A stretch of DNA of 64,000 nt from Octopus vulgaris (taxonomy: Eukaryota): the NCBI GenBank assembly GCA_951406725.2, contig OX597825.1, forward strand, positions 6,262,001 to 6,326,000, read 5' to 3'. The notes beneath the pieces are model-generated. The model was not told where the DNA came from, made no database searches, and saw nothing but the letters and a program-made list of their open reading frames with translations. The position numbers and the translations under genes were made by a program. Shown in pieces: positions 27,101 to 40,845 of the stretch; positions within the stretch are counted from its first letter, which is position 1; every line of letters begins with the position of its first letter.

Positions 27101-28093
27101 CTTAAAACTGAAAACTGCTGTTTCGGAAGAGAACTGAAATCACAATATCATATTGACGGTAGCTATACGTAGTTTCCTTTTGGTTATCTCAGTAAAATAT
27201 AGACGTTAGATTAATTCGAATGTGTCGTCTGAAAGAGGTTTTGAATAAAATCAAAATATTCTAATCGAAACCTATTTTATTTTATTGGTCGACGGAATAT
27301 GTGAACTGCACAGGGCTGTAGATATTTCTGAAACCCCTCACAGTCTACAGGATCCATACTGCAAAGTGTATATATGATCAAGCATGAAATGATTAAAACC
27401 TTCATCATAATTACAAAAAGGAGAATAAGATGAGACTCTAAAAAGCAAATAATTAAATCAAGAACAACAACAACAACAAAACACAAATATAGCTGCCTTG
27501 GTATATTAAGAATATTCCATTTCAGGCTTAGGAAAACATAGAAGGGATGGTATATATTATTTAACTTTATTGATACATCAATGAAATAAGAGAATAAGAC
27601 GAAAATCGAATTACAGTGTCACTCTTAAAGATTTATGTTTCATAGTGAAGCGTGAAATTGCTAAACATAAAGAAGGGTTTCCAATTAAGATCTTCATTAT
27701 GATAACATAGCATATTTCAAACATGTTACATAACTAAAAAGAAAACTAAATCAACAAATTCACTGAAAACAAAATGAATAAATTAACTTAAGAAAAGATA
27801 AAGAAGGAAGGAAAAAGCAAATACGCGATAAACGAAGGGAAATATAATTAAACTTCTTAGAATTAGTAAGCATTCTTTATGTTAAGCATCTATTATGGAC
27901 ATATTAGCCTTTCTATGTTGTTTTAAGGATAATATGGAAGTGAACAACTCTTCATTGTTAAAGAAAAACTTCATAATTTATCGGTTGAATGCAGACATCT
28001 TTGTTTTGGAGTAATGAATATATAAATATATATATGTATATATATATGCATGTTTGTGTGAGCGTCTCCCACCATTTCTTTACATATATGTGT

Positions 28094-28097
<4 letters not shown>

Positions 28098-28159
<62 letters not shown>

Positions 28160-28214
28160 GTATATTTATATGTGTGTATGTATGTACATACACCACGCAC
28201 ACATATTTATAAAT

Positions 28215-28256
<42 letters not shown>

Positions 28257-28317
28257 AGTATATGTATATACATACATACATATATACACATACATACATA
28301 TATACATACATATATAT

Positions 28318-28405
<88 letters not shown>
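28098..28405. repeat. Compound (TA)n/(TC)n microsatellite
   Basis: Seen directly. Confidence 0.93.
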
Positions 28406-28407
<2 letters not shown>

Positions 28408-31145
28408 GCTTACTTCTGATGAAATAATTATGCGTATGTATATGTGTGTGTTTATGTAATATTGAATTTCCTAATTATAAAAATGCAAAAAAGATAACCA
28501 GATATAGTATTAACAAAACAAAAAGACCAAATGACAGTTTGAATAGAAGCACAAGAGAAACGTCTTTATATACGAAAATTATCAGGTTTTAAAGACGAAC
28601 GCTGTAGGCTTAAGAATACCCTATCGAAGATGCCATTCAAAAATACACCGAAATAAAAAAAAACATAAGCAACAACCAGTTATTTAGAAATAATGAAACA
28701 GTCTATGAATAGCATATGATAGCGTAAATGCTGCAAATGATCGACAATTTAAAGAAGCTAACGTTGATAATGCTAGAAATACTCATAAAAGATTTATCTA
28801 CCCAGGAAGATATCAATAACAGTAATACGTAATAAATATAATAAATGAACATTTCTTCTACCTTGTTTTAATTTTTACTTTCACAGAGAAATTTTTACTT
28901 TCATAGAGAAATTTATATATCTGCCTTTCAATTTTTTAAATTGAGGCTATTCTTCTAAGCTGAATTTTCAGTCGGTTTCTCAAAACGACACGAGATAATT
29001 CCTTGGAAATATCTAAATGCGTTTTGAACTCTTCCAGTTGTGTTTATCACAGTGTTTTTGGGGGTTGACACAAAAGGAATATAAGAAGTATAAGATACGC
29101 TTATCATAGTTTAACAACAAGAAAAAAGGGATGAATCGAAAGTTCATTTTCGATTCATCATATGTTTATTTTTGAAAGCTTGTAGAAAAGTGACGGTGCA
29201 AAGGAAAAACAATAAAGGAATATCAGAAAGTTCTGTTCATAGTAATGACTGGATTGCACAGCTTTTATGGCTGTGCATAGATGAAAGAGATGCATAGATG
29301 AAAGCTGCGTTCTGTTCCCTTTTTATCATTTGCCAGTCTTTCTCAGTCTCTGACAGCCTATTTGTCGTTCGCTCCCCTCTTCTGCACTGTCTCTCTGCCT
29401 CACTAAAGCTTGACTCTCCTTTTATAAGCTAAGTTAGCTTAATCAAAGCTTGACTAATTAGAAGTCAATAACTGTTAATGACTCAGTATTTTTACTGATG
29501 CCAGTCAAATAAATTTGACGCGTAGTTGCTGAATTTGATTAGGTTTTGCAGGGCGACGTCACTCAATTTGAAAGATCCAGTTTTTGTTTATGAAAGTTTT
29601 CCTAACTGAAAAATCCCAGCCAGAGTTCAAATTGAGGCAGAAACTTTTTATAATACTCAGAGGTTTTGTATGCAGCAACAAGCGAAATCAAGATGCAAAA
29701 GTTGACGTGTTCTGCAGAGAAATTGCGGTTAGACATCAAATGGGAAAACTCTAAAGTGGTTCGTAACTTGCACACGAAATGTGGAAAAATATGAGTTGAA
29801 AGTCAGATATAGTTCAAGGCCAGAAATATAGATCTTATGTGCCAGTTGAGAGATTCTGAACTACTGTATGCAGGTTCGAAATTTCCCCAAGACACCTGAT
29901 ATCCGTCAATTGTAAATAATGTATTGTACGCATGAAACCGAGTGAGTATCCAAGTGAGTCTAATGAACAATAAATATATATATTAATATATATATATATT
30001 AAAATATATATATTAAAATATATATATTAAAATATATATATTAAAATGAAGGCAACTAAAATGTTGCAAAGAGACACATCTGTTCAAGGCGCACTGGATA
30101 AACTATTTATTCCTTTTTGAAATTCACTCTTTTAGCTTCTGACAGGAAAATAAAAATATTCTATACCTACACAGAAAAGCAGAACATATTTTACGGATTA
30201 AAAAAATATATTGATTAGGAAATTCTTTTACAATAATCATTAAACGAGTTCGGAATTTTAAAAAAATGTACGTTCTAGGAAAATGTAAGAACAAAATGAT
30301 CTTATAGGTTTGATATATCTTAATAAAATTCAATTGAACTTTCTTCTGAATTGCTTGGGTATGACAATTATGAAGAAAACACAATTCCCATGCCAACTGA
30401 AGAGTGTCAGCATAATTTTAAAATGAATAATGGTAAGTATAGTGAATTGCTATGGTTATATTCATTTTAAGTATTAATAAAACAAGACAAGGCCAAGTAT
30501 GGCTGGTACTTACTTAAAGCAGCTGTTTCACAACATTGTTAGATACACTGATTGTTGAGGAGAAATTATAAGATACATTCGTGTTCATACATTCTTAAGT
30601 TTTCAAAAATCTTCGAAACCATTTTATATTTATAACAGAATGGATTGTAAACTTTGTAAATTAAATACAGATTCACTGGAATATACTCTTGGAAATAATT
30701 ATGCTTTCACAGACAATAGACATATTTTCAGTTACAGGCGAGATAATGCTCGGTAGCAGCAGCTACACTTTCCATTCACAGTGGCAAATAATAGAGTCAA
30801 ACGGCTTTATGTAAGAAAGTCATCCACTTGAAGCAATTTCGTTTTACATAGCACAGTTTTCTTAATTAGATATTTTCGTGGCTATATACGTCTTTCCACT
30901 TACCTGATCATTAATTACTGGTTTGATAGGAAATCGTAAATATAATGATTACGATGGTAATAAATCATTGAAAGTGTTTTCATTGTGGGCTACACGTTTT
31001 CTATGTATTATGACAAGACTGTTTGTGGCAAAAATTTCGCATTATATAAGCAAATATATAACTAGCTTGGCAACTGGAGATAAGGTTGGATAAACTGTCG
31101 TACTAATGACGCCTATTGAGCCAGAAACACGTGTCCATGACTATT

Positions 31146-31472
31146 CTCGACCCCGAAAGGATGAAAGGCAAAGTTGACCTCGGCGGAATTTGAACTCAGA
31201 ACGTAGGGGCAGATGAAATACCTATTTCTTTACTACCCACAACGGGCTAAACACGGGGAGGACAAACAAGGACGAACAAACAGATTAAGTCGATTATATT
31301 GACCCCAGTGCGTAACTGGTACTTATTTAATCGACCCCGAAAGGATGAAAGGCAAAGTTGACCACGGCGGAATTTGAACTCAGAACGTAAAGACAGACGA
31401 AATACCCATTTCTTTATTACCCACAAGGGGCTAAGCACAGAGAGGGTAAACAAGGACAGGCAAACGGATTAA
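31146..31472 (-). mobile_element. Head-less, circularly permuted SINE family B multimer (~1.8 units of 184 bp) with 13-bp TSD
   Basis: GTCCATGACTATT at 31133-31145 and 31473-31485. Tail-to-internal junctions at 31219/20 and 31403/4. Confidence 0.9.
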
Positions 31473-32098
31473 GTCCATGACTATTAATGGCATGTCAACT
31501 CTGGAATGTTCTCGAATTTTTAGATTATAAGCCCTTCTCAAGTGGAGCTGTTCTTAATTACTATTTTGTTATTACGATATGTCGTCTAGAAGCGGAGATA
31601 ATATTGATAAATCAATAATTCACGATGGTGTTTGTATACATCAATAATCCATGGGGTATTTGTTTATGTTGTTCAAATACATACCACTGGTCACAATGAA
31701 TTATTTCTCTTGGCTCATTTGAATCCATAGTATGACTCAATAGACCATAGCCTATGTGATGCAGAATTCACTAATGGGCCGTGGGTAGGAACAATTTTTA
31801 CGACTAAATTAATTAAAATCTAACCGAAACGGCTGTCGTGAAATTTAAACGCCATTTATGTTTATTTTTTTATACCTCCGCCTCACCAAGGCTCCACTGG
31901 TGTACCGTATCTATGATTAAAAATTGGATTTGGTGCTTCCATATCTACGGTATCCTGCCAACACTTGAAAAGCCCAATGTGAGTGTACGTAGTCATTTCT
32001 GGCCTCCTGCATGTTGATGCACCTTGATTTCTTAGGAATCCTCATAGCTAAATCATATACATACATACATACATACATACATACATACATACATACAT

Positions 32099-32262
32099 GG
32101 TGGTCGACTACTCCTTACGTGGAGCTCGACCACTTCCTGTACCTACACCTTAGAACCATCATGGCTTCTGATGTGGCTTTTTAAACCAGACAATGTCCTG
32201 AAAAGACACCCACATAGATTGCACATCCGATTTGAACCACCAAGAGCTGCCGTTAAGTTCTA
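32099..32262 (-). mobile_element. RTE-clade LINE 3' end (C2H2 finger, 3' UTR, (ATGT)n tail)
   Basis: Minus translation CNLCGCLFRTLSGLKSHIRSH, then GGTCGAGCTCCACGTAAGGAGTAGTCGACCACC(ATGT)n. Confidence 0.75.
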
Positions 32263-32392
32263 ATCCCTGGACTTATTGGAAGCCTAGTACTTATTCTATC
32301 GGTCTCTTTTGCCGAGCCGCTAAGTTACGGGGACGTAAACACACCACCATCGGTTGTCAAGCGATGTTGGGGGAAAACACAGACACACACAC

Positions 32393-32474
<82 letters not shown>

Positions 32475-32662
32475 TACACACATATATATATATACATATA
32501 TACGACGGGTTTCTTTCAGTTTCCGTCTACCAAATCCACTCACAAGCCTTTGGTCGGTCCGAGGCTATAGTAGAAGACACTTGCCCAAGGTGCCCCGCAG
32601 TAGAAATGAACCCAGAACCATGTGATTGGTAAGCAAGCTACTTACCACACAGCCACTCCTGC
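32263..32662 (-). mobile_element. SINE family C lacking its own tail, fused to the RTE 3' end
   Basis: Head GCAGGAGTGGCTGTGTGGTAAG and an expanded internal (TA)n. Homology to family C stops at ~32263. Confidence 0.88.
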
Positions 32663-33387
32663 ACATTGTATACTTTTAAGAATACAACAATGCTATCTCG
32701 TTATAGTCACTGTAACTATGTAAGCATCCTCTTTAATACTCACCAAGTACCTTAGTGTTTATGCAGATATATCCGACCTATAATAAAACGTCTGTAGAAT
32801 AATAAAGCAAAAACGAAAGTGAAAGTAAATTGTTAAATCCAGTTACGTTGGGGGTTTGATTGATTAATATATCTTCTGTACACACTTTTATTAACTGTGA
32901 AATATAGGTATCTACTTTTATGTACACCAGAAGTACTGGGAATTATGGAAGCTGCTCCAAATTCTCTGATTAATAAGCAACATGAGATTGTTATTAAATG
33001 CCAACATTTAAATTTTTTATCTTTTAGAATTATCATAAAGGAAAAAATAAAAGTTGTTTTACTATTCATGAAATGAAAGATACTTAGATAAGAATGTTAG
33101 GTCTCCGCTTTATGACTAAATAATTTCTCATTTTATCTTGTATTATTATAATCTTTCATTGTAATTTACTTCAACTATTATTTTAATACAATATTTTATA
33201 TTCTATTTTATTTATTTTATATTTTTAATAATGTTACTATTAATTATACTAAGTATATTTTCATATACGTCTGAATTTCTTTTTATCTGTGTACGAATGT
33301 GAGGGCGACTATATAAGTGTGCCAGCGTACTGATATATCTTCGTATGTATATGTGTGCATATACATTCATTAATGCACACGAATGTG

Positions 33388-33389
<2 letters not shown>

Positions 33390-33426
<37 letters not shown>

Positions 33427-33445
33427 GTGCATGTGTGTGTATATA

Positions 33446-33495
<50 letters not shown>

Positions 33496-33905
33496 CATGT
33501 GTGTGTATATATGTGTGTGTATATATATATATATACATGTACATATATATGTATATATATATATGCGTGCAAATGTGTGTATATATGTATATGTGTGCGT
33601 GTGTGTATGTGTATGTGTGTGTGTGCATGTGTGTGTGTATGTGTGTGTGAATATGCGTGTATGTGTATATGTATGTATATGTATGTATGTATGTATATAT
33701 ATGTATATTATTTTGTATATATGTATACATGTGTGTTTATGTGAATATATGTGTACGTGTGTATATATATATTTATTCATCTATATATGCTTGTAAATAT
33801 GTATGTACATGTATAAATGTATATATATATATATGTTTATATATATATATATATATATATATATGTTTATATATACACTTACACACATATATATATATAT
33901 ATATA

Positions 33906-33951
<46 letters not shown>

Positions 33952-34150
33952 TATATATATATATGATGTTTGCATATCTATATATCTATATATGTTTGCA
34001 TATATGTACGAGCGTGTCTATGTATGTGCGTGTGTATGTGTACACAGATTTATAACTGCATGTAATTTTGTTCGTAAGCATCAATATCTTAGCGTCTATA
34101 TATGTGTGTGTGTACGTGTGTGTATGTACGTGTACGTGTGTGTATTTATG
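33390..34150. repeat. Compound (AT)n/(GT)n microsatellite
   Basis: Seen directly. Confidence 0.93.
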
Positions 34151-34472
34151 TGGAAACACACATTCACATATCTTTAAGAATAAGATATTTATTTATTTAA
34201 ATATAAATATATTTATCAGTATGCATTTTATGTTATTTTTTTTGTCTCTAAAAGTTCAGAATATATATATATTTGTCTGTTAATTTGCTTTCTATGTCTG
34301 TCCGTTTGTCTGTCTGTGTGTCTGAGTAGAGTTAATTATTTGAATTTAGAAAATATTGCTCCAAGCTCAACCTCAACTACTCATTCAACTTCTGTATATT
34401 TAAACTAAAAATGAAATTTCTTGTAGTTTCCTATACTCCGCAACAATCTTTCTCTACCTCTATTTCTTCTTT

Positions 34473-34473
34473 G

Positions 34474-34532
<59 letters not shown>

Positions 34533-34548
34533 CATCATCATCATTATT

Positions 34549-34598
<50 letters not shown>

Positions 34599-34678
34599 CA
34601 TCATCATCATTATTATTATTATTATTGTTATTGTTATTGTTATTGTTATTATTATTATTATTATTATTATCATCATCA

Positions 34679-34748
<70 letters not shown>

Positions 34749-34804
34749 CATCATCATCATCATCATCATCATTATTATTATTATTATTATTATTGTTATT
34801 GTTA

Positions 34805-34898
<94 letters not shown>

Positions 34899-34912
34899 CA
34901 TCATCATCATCA

Positions 34913-34983
<71 letters not shown>

Positions 34984-35003
34984 TTTATTATTGTTATTAT
35001 TAT
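34473..35003. repeat. Compound (ATT)n/(ATC)n/(GTT) trinucleotide array
   Basis: Seen directly. It is the source of the poly-I/L ORFs. Confidence 0.97.
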
Positions 35004-35353
<350 letters not shown>

Positions 35354-35399
35354 GTTATTATTCATATATGCACAGAAGATTAGACTGTTGAGAAACAAA

Positions 35400-35552
35400 C
35401 ATTTCTAACATCGGATTACATCAAACAACCTTAAATGCCAAGAACCCTCCTAAGTATCCTAGCTGTCCCCTAATAACACTGCTTTCTGGAGCTGAACTAA
35501 ACTGGGTTTTATGCCTATTCCCTCTGCCCATCTGTTCAGATCTTTAGGGCTA
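35400..35552 (-). mobile_element. Second R4/Dong-type LINE 3' fragment
   Basis: Minus translation PKDLNRWAEGIGIKPSLVQLQKAVLLG / TARILRRVLGI*. Confidence 0.7.
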
Positions 35553-35672
35553 GTTTATATTTATCATTTTTAGATAAACGGAAGATTTTGTACAGAAGAA
35601 TTGCGACTCTACAGAGTAAAGTCTCCAGATATAGGATAAATTTATTTTTTTATAATAGACAGTTTATAAGAT

Positions 35673-35980
35673 CCCCGTAGATCCCCTGGTCTGACCCCTC
35701 TTGCTTTCTATCTTTAGGGGAATTTGAAAGGCATGGTGCATTGCAGAAAGATAAAAGACATAAATGATTTGAAGGAACGCATCACCAACTCCTTTGCACA
35801 CGAATCACCAGATGTGCTCTTACGAGTTCACAAAGAGTTGGGTAAACGTATTGCAATGTGTATTCGAAGCAATGGTAGCCATATAGAACCTGTTAGATAA
35901 AAAAAAAACTGTTCTTATAAACTGCTTCTTATAAAAAGATAAAGTGTTCCTATGTATGGCGACTTTTGAATCACCCTGTA
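35673..35980 (+). mobile_element. Tc1/mariner-superfamily transposase C-terminus and right TIR (pseudogenised)
   Basis: PRRSPGLTPLAFYL*GNLKGMVHCRKIKDINDLKERIT...CIRSNGSHIE, similar to the WPPRSPDLTPLDFYLWG motif. Ends TTTTGAATCACCCTG+TA. Confidence 0.8.
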
Positions 35981-36403
35981 TTTATAACTGCCAAACTCCA
36001 GCCAGATACCAGACCCTTAGAAGCCAGATCCGAGAACTTTAAATGGTCTGTTACATATTTTATCTTCTTGTCAAAGACTCTGTTACTTGATCGAGATAGA
36101 TTCACGTAAACTATTTTTTTCTTTTATCATTATATATATATATATAAAACAAAAAAAACTTTATTACCTGATCTGAATGTTTTTGTGTAAACTGTCTCTC
36201 AATTCATCACAGAGGATACACAAAGCCTCAAAACTTTTCTTATCATCGTCAGACTCCATCATTTGATTTGAATACATTTTTGTAAAACTAAATTTTTGAC
36301 GCCACAAAACCTCACACTTTACTTTTGAAAATCTTTTTCAATAAGTGAAACCGGCAAAGTTAATAAATGCTTTTAAAAGAATCCTGCATTTTCAGATTCT
36401 TTT

Positions 36404-36467
<64 letters not shown>

Positions 36468-37011
36468 GCGCACACACACACAGAGACACACACACACACA
36501 GAGAGACACACACACACACGCAAATCTTTAAATACAAATGTAATCACATATGTACATAGAATTAGATATGTGTCAGTGAGTGTGTGTATAATGTGTACAC
36601 ACACACACACACACACACAACAACAACAACAACAACAACAACTTATTTACGCCATTATTTAATTCGTCAGCCGTCACTTTACATGAGGCTAATTCTATAT
36701 TCTTCAAGTATTACTATAAAATTGGTTGCGTGTGCGTTTATTATATAAGCATCTAATAAATATTAATTTTCTATATAGTTTAAGGTTCGCTGGCAAAATC
36801 GATGAATCCCTGTTATCTCCCTGTTATCCATTCAGTCAATTTACATGGCGTTAGATGGGCAATAATTTCGTTATCGGATTCCAGTAAGGTTCGTTTGGTG
36901 GTCTGTCTGTCTGTATGTCGGTCGGTCGGTCCAGTCTGTCATTGTTTCAACATTAGACGTCCACTTCAACTATAAAAAAACCCAAACCATGCCCTTTTAC
37001 TATCCTAAAGC

Positions 37012-37065
37012 TACTACTACAGCTACTGCTGCTGCTGCTGCTGCTACTACTACTATTACTACTAT

Positions 37066-37100
<35 letters not shown>

Positions 37101-37165
37101 CTACTACTACTCCTACTACTACTGTTGCTGCTGCTGTGCTACTGCCACTACTGCTGCTGCTGCTG

Positions 37166-37201
<36 letters not shown>
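37012..37201. repeat. Compound (CTA)n/(CTG)n trinucleotide repeat
   Basis: Seen directly. Confidence 0.92.
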
Positions 37202-37366
37202 GTTGTTGATTCTGAGGCCGTGTGGGAAGATGAATGGAGGCATAACGTCGCCACCACTACTGATGACACCAAACACCATGATGTTGACTGGCTGTTTGAT
37301 TTTTACCACTCTCGGTCTATCTCCTCAGATTTCCCTGTCCTCAGACGGATACTCAAACACTCTGAA

Positions 37367-37439
37367 ATGCTGTACTGCTTGGCATTCGCGTCGGAACCTC
37401 CAGCAAAGCTTTCGGCGCGAATGCCAAGTAGTACAGCAT
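37367..37439 (+). ncRNA. 30-bp hairpin (candidate pre-miRNA, hpRNA or editing duplex)
   Basis: Arms 37367-37396 and 37410-37439 form 27 Watson-Crick and 3 G-U pairs with no mismatch on the + strand, around a 13-nt loop. Confidence 0.5.
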
Positions 37440-37836
37440 GTTTTTTCCAAATTTCTGGTAGAGTGAATTGTGTCACGGTGCTGTTCTCACAGACGGTGCC
37501 CAATTGAGCCTACTATACTATGTAGTCGACATAACAAAAAAATAAACAATGTGCATGCGCGAAATTAAAAGTATAAAATGGCAACAATTTACCCATGGCA
37601 CCCTGTATATATAGCCGTCTCTGGTAAATATATCCCCTTTGCCACCAACACCTCAAGCCAACTTCTTCCTCTTTTGGTCACTTCGACAATGAGTGACCGT
37701 CTACTTCACACACGTTTGTTCTATTCTCTGTTCTCTGAAGAAATATTAAAAACTTCTTCCAACTCTCCAGACCCTAATACACCCGGTTTTTTTTTTTTAC
37801 CTATCTTTGTATTATATTTTGTTCTATATATGTATG

Positions 37837-37907
<71 letters not shown>

Positions 37908-37911
<4 letters not shown>

Positions 37912-38328
37912 TATTTTATCTAGTTTCAGTTCACGAGCTGTGGCCATGCTGGGGCACCGCCATTTGGTGTTGCTACATGATTTTACTTCACGAATGCTTT
38001 TTAGCAACTGCCATTTGGTGCATGAGAGAGTTCGATGCAGCTGCCCTCATCTGCACCTCCTTCCGTGAAGTTGGTTCATCCGGGACACCTGACAGGAAGA
38101 GATCCAGTCCTACTTTAAAGACATCCGTATCCACCCCATGCAGGTCCCTCAGGTTCTTCGGGAGGATATTGAAGAGCTGTGGGCCTCTGAAGCCCAGGCT
38201 ATCACAGTATCTTGTCCTACATCTTGATGGCAAATTTGGAGTCTTTGGCACCACGCAGTGGCGCCCAGTTCTGGCATTTGTGTAACTCTCGATGCCAAAG
38301 TTTGGGACAAGTCCTTCCAGGATCTTCC

Positions 38329-38330
<2 letters not shown>
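37908..38330 (-). mobile_element. CR1-type LINE 3' end (ORF2 C-terminus and tail)
   Basis: Open frame [12 protein letters not shown]...[18 protein letters not shown]...[16 protein letters not shown]...SNSL, with tail GGCGGTGCCCCAGCATGGCCACAG...CTGAAACTAGATAAAA. Confidence 0.85.
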
Positions 38331-38690
<360 letters not shown>

Positions 38691-39383
38691 AATCAGTTAG
38701 TCTGGATCTTATCGATGGTGGTTATTAGCTCGGTAGTCTCCAGCATTTACCCGGCTGGCAGTGTGTACCGTGGGAATACTGATAAATTGATGTCCTCATT
38801 TCATCATCCAATCGCAAGATTAATTAAAATAATCACATTTGCTTAAATATACTAGGAACTTCGCAACTCGAATCCCTGTTGCACCATTAGCTACAAAGTC
38901 ACGCAGTAAAGTGATAAAGTAAATGAAGATGAATAGACAATGACAGCACAATACATGAAACGAATGTTTCATTAGTAAGTATTACGTAAGCGAAAAGCAT
39001 CAGCCATTTCTTCTGGCATTCTGAACCGCCAGGAGAAAAAGGTGGACGGCCCTATGAGTTCACTTTGATGATATTAATGGTAAGAAGGAACGGAAAAGGA
39101 ACTCAGTCAAACCAAATATTGTCATTCCAGTAGCATCAATTCATTCTAAATGAGAATAGGTGTGGTCAACGTCCATCTCCAATTACACGTAGACGCCAGT
39201 GCTGTGGAATTGGCGCGTTATTTACAATTACGCTGACAACGCATAGTATGTTTCCCCGAGAAAGACACTATTTTAATGCCAATCGAACATGAAACAGCTG
39301 CAGGCTCGCAGGAGAAAGATTAAAACCAATAAAAATGCATATTTATAAAAAAAGTTGTTAGATATAGGTGCAGGCCATGCTAC

Positions 39384-39426
39384 TCCAGACTGATGACGAG
39401 CAAAGACTCAGAAACCAGTCTCTGGA
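39384..39426 (+). ncRNA. Minimal type I hammerhead ribozyme
   Basis: TCCAGA-CTGATGA-cGAG-caaaga-CTCa-GAAAC-CA-GTC-TCTGGA. It has a perfect 6-bp stem I, an intact core and a GUC triplet, with a C.A mismatch at the base of stem II. Confidence 0.72.
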
Positions 39427-40531
39427 TGCAGGCTTAGCTGGGTGGAGGTGCTTATCTCCCCCTTGCAAACATAAGGACACAAGAAATGTGTCAAGGCCGT
39501 CTGGAAGCGTTGCTGCTTCCTAGGGCTAAATAGCAGTGGTGTGATTCCCTTCATGGGACTGTCACATTAAGTTGACAGTATGCAACTACTCTATCGTACC
39601 ACTACTGATTATATCTCTCTGAGATATTTAGAAATGTAATATATATATATATGCTACATATTATTTACTATTTATTATATATATATATATATATTTATAC
39701 AGATAAAATATATACATTCATGTATAAAGGGCAATTATGCTCCTTATGTAGTAGTGTGTTTGGGTTATTAATACCTTACACAGATCTCGTCACTCCTAGT
39801 TACTGGTTAATTATAATCTCTGTTCTTAAGTATTAGGCTCATAAAGCAATGTTCATCCATGCATGTTCGAAATTACATTCCAGTAAATATATACCAGACC
39901 AATAATGCTTGAGCGGGTCATCTAAAAACGTAACATGGTGAGATACGCATATGTAAAAACCACCTACAGCGCTATATTCTCAGTGAAACCAGACAAGGAG
40001 ATAATGATGCGGATAAAAATTCCGCCTCAGGTATATTATTTTGTTGCTTTTCTCAATAAAAATTTTTAGAATAGTTTGACATGAAAGAGATTATATTTTT
40101 GAGAAAATATAAATATGTTTTAACTACTTGTTTCACTAATAAAAAGTGAAAATAACATCTACGAAACCAGAAATTATAAGAAAAATGGTTAAATTGTGAA
40201 TTCAAGCATGACTTAAAGAAGTTGCAATTGCTTTATACTTCCAAACCACCAGGACACCGTCCAGTGAACTTTTGATAAAAATGGTTGGAGTTGCAACAGA
40301 ATTACAACTGAAGGTGTTAATTCTTCGATGGAATTTATTCCCACAAAAACTTAGGAATTATATTCCATTCTTCGACTTTGTTGGTCTGGATCGGGAATTA
40401 TGCCCGTGAGAATGTTATCTAAAAGCATTAAATACCACCTATTGATATGTATAAATAGATAGAGATACATGCATATATATTTGTATCTATATATATGCAT
40501 GTATGTGTATATATATTTATATACATATACA

Positions 40532-40533
<2 letters not shown>

Positions 40534-40605
<72 letters not shown>

Positions 40606-40606
40606 C

Positions 40607-40693
<87 letters not shown>

Positions 40694-40701
40694 CTATCTA
40701 C

Positions 40702-40764
<63 letters not shown>

Positions 40765-40773
40765 CCTATCTAC

Positions 40774-40832
<59 letters not shown>

Positions 40833-40845
40833 CCTATCTATCTAT
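40534..40845. repeat. (TATC)n microsatellite
   Basis: Seen directly. Confidence 0.97.

Noticed and set aside
27224-27295. Hammerhead-like remnants here and at ~23785, ~31770-31845 and ~45925-45960
   Set aside because: Core nucleotides are altered and stems are poor, so these are at best dead relics.
37593-37602. 10-nt minus-strand microexon candidate, and a 14-nt one near 30904
   Set aside because: Poor pyrimidine tracts and not frame-preserving.
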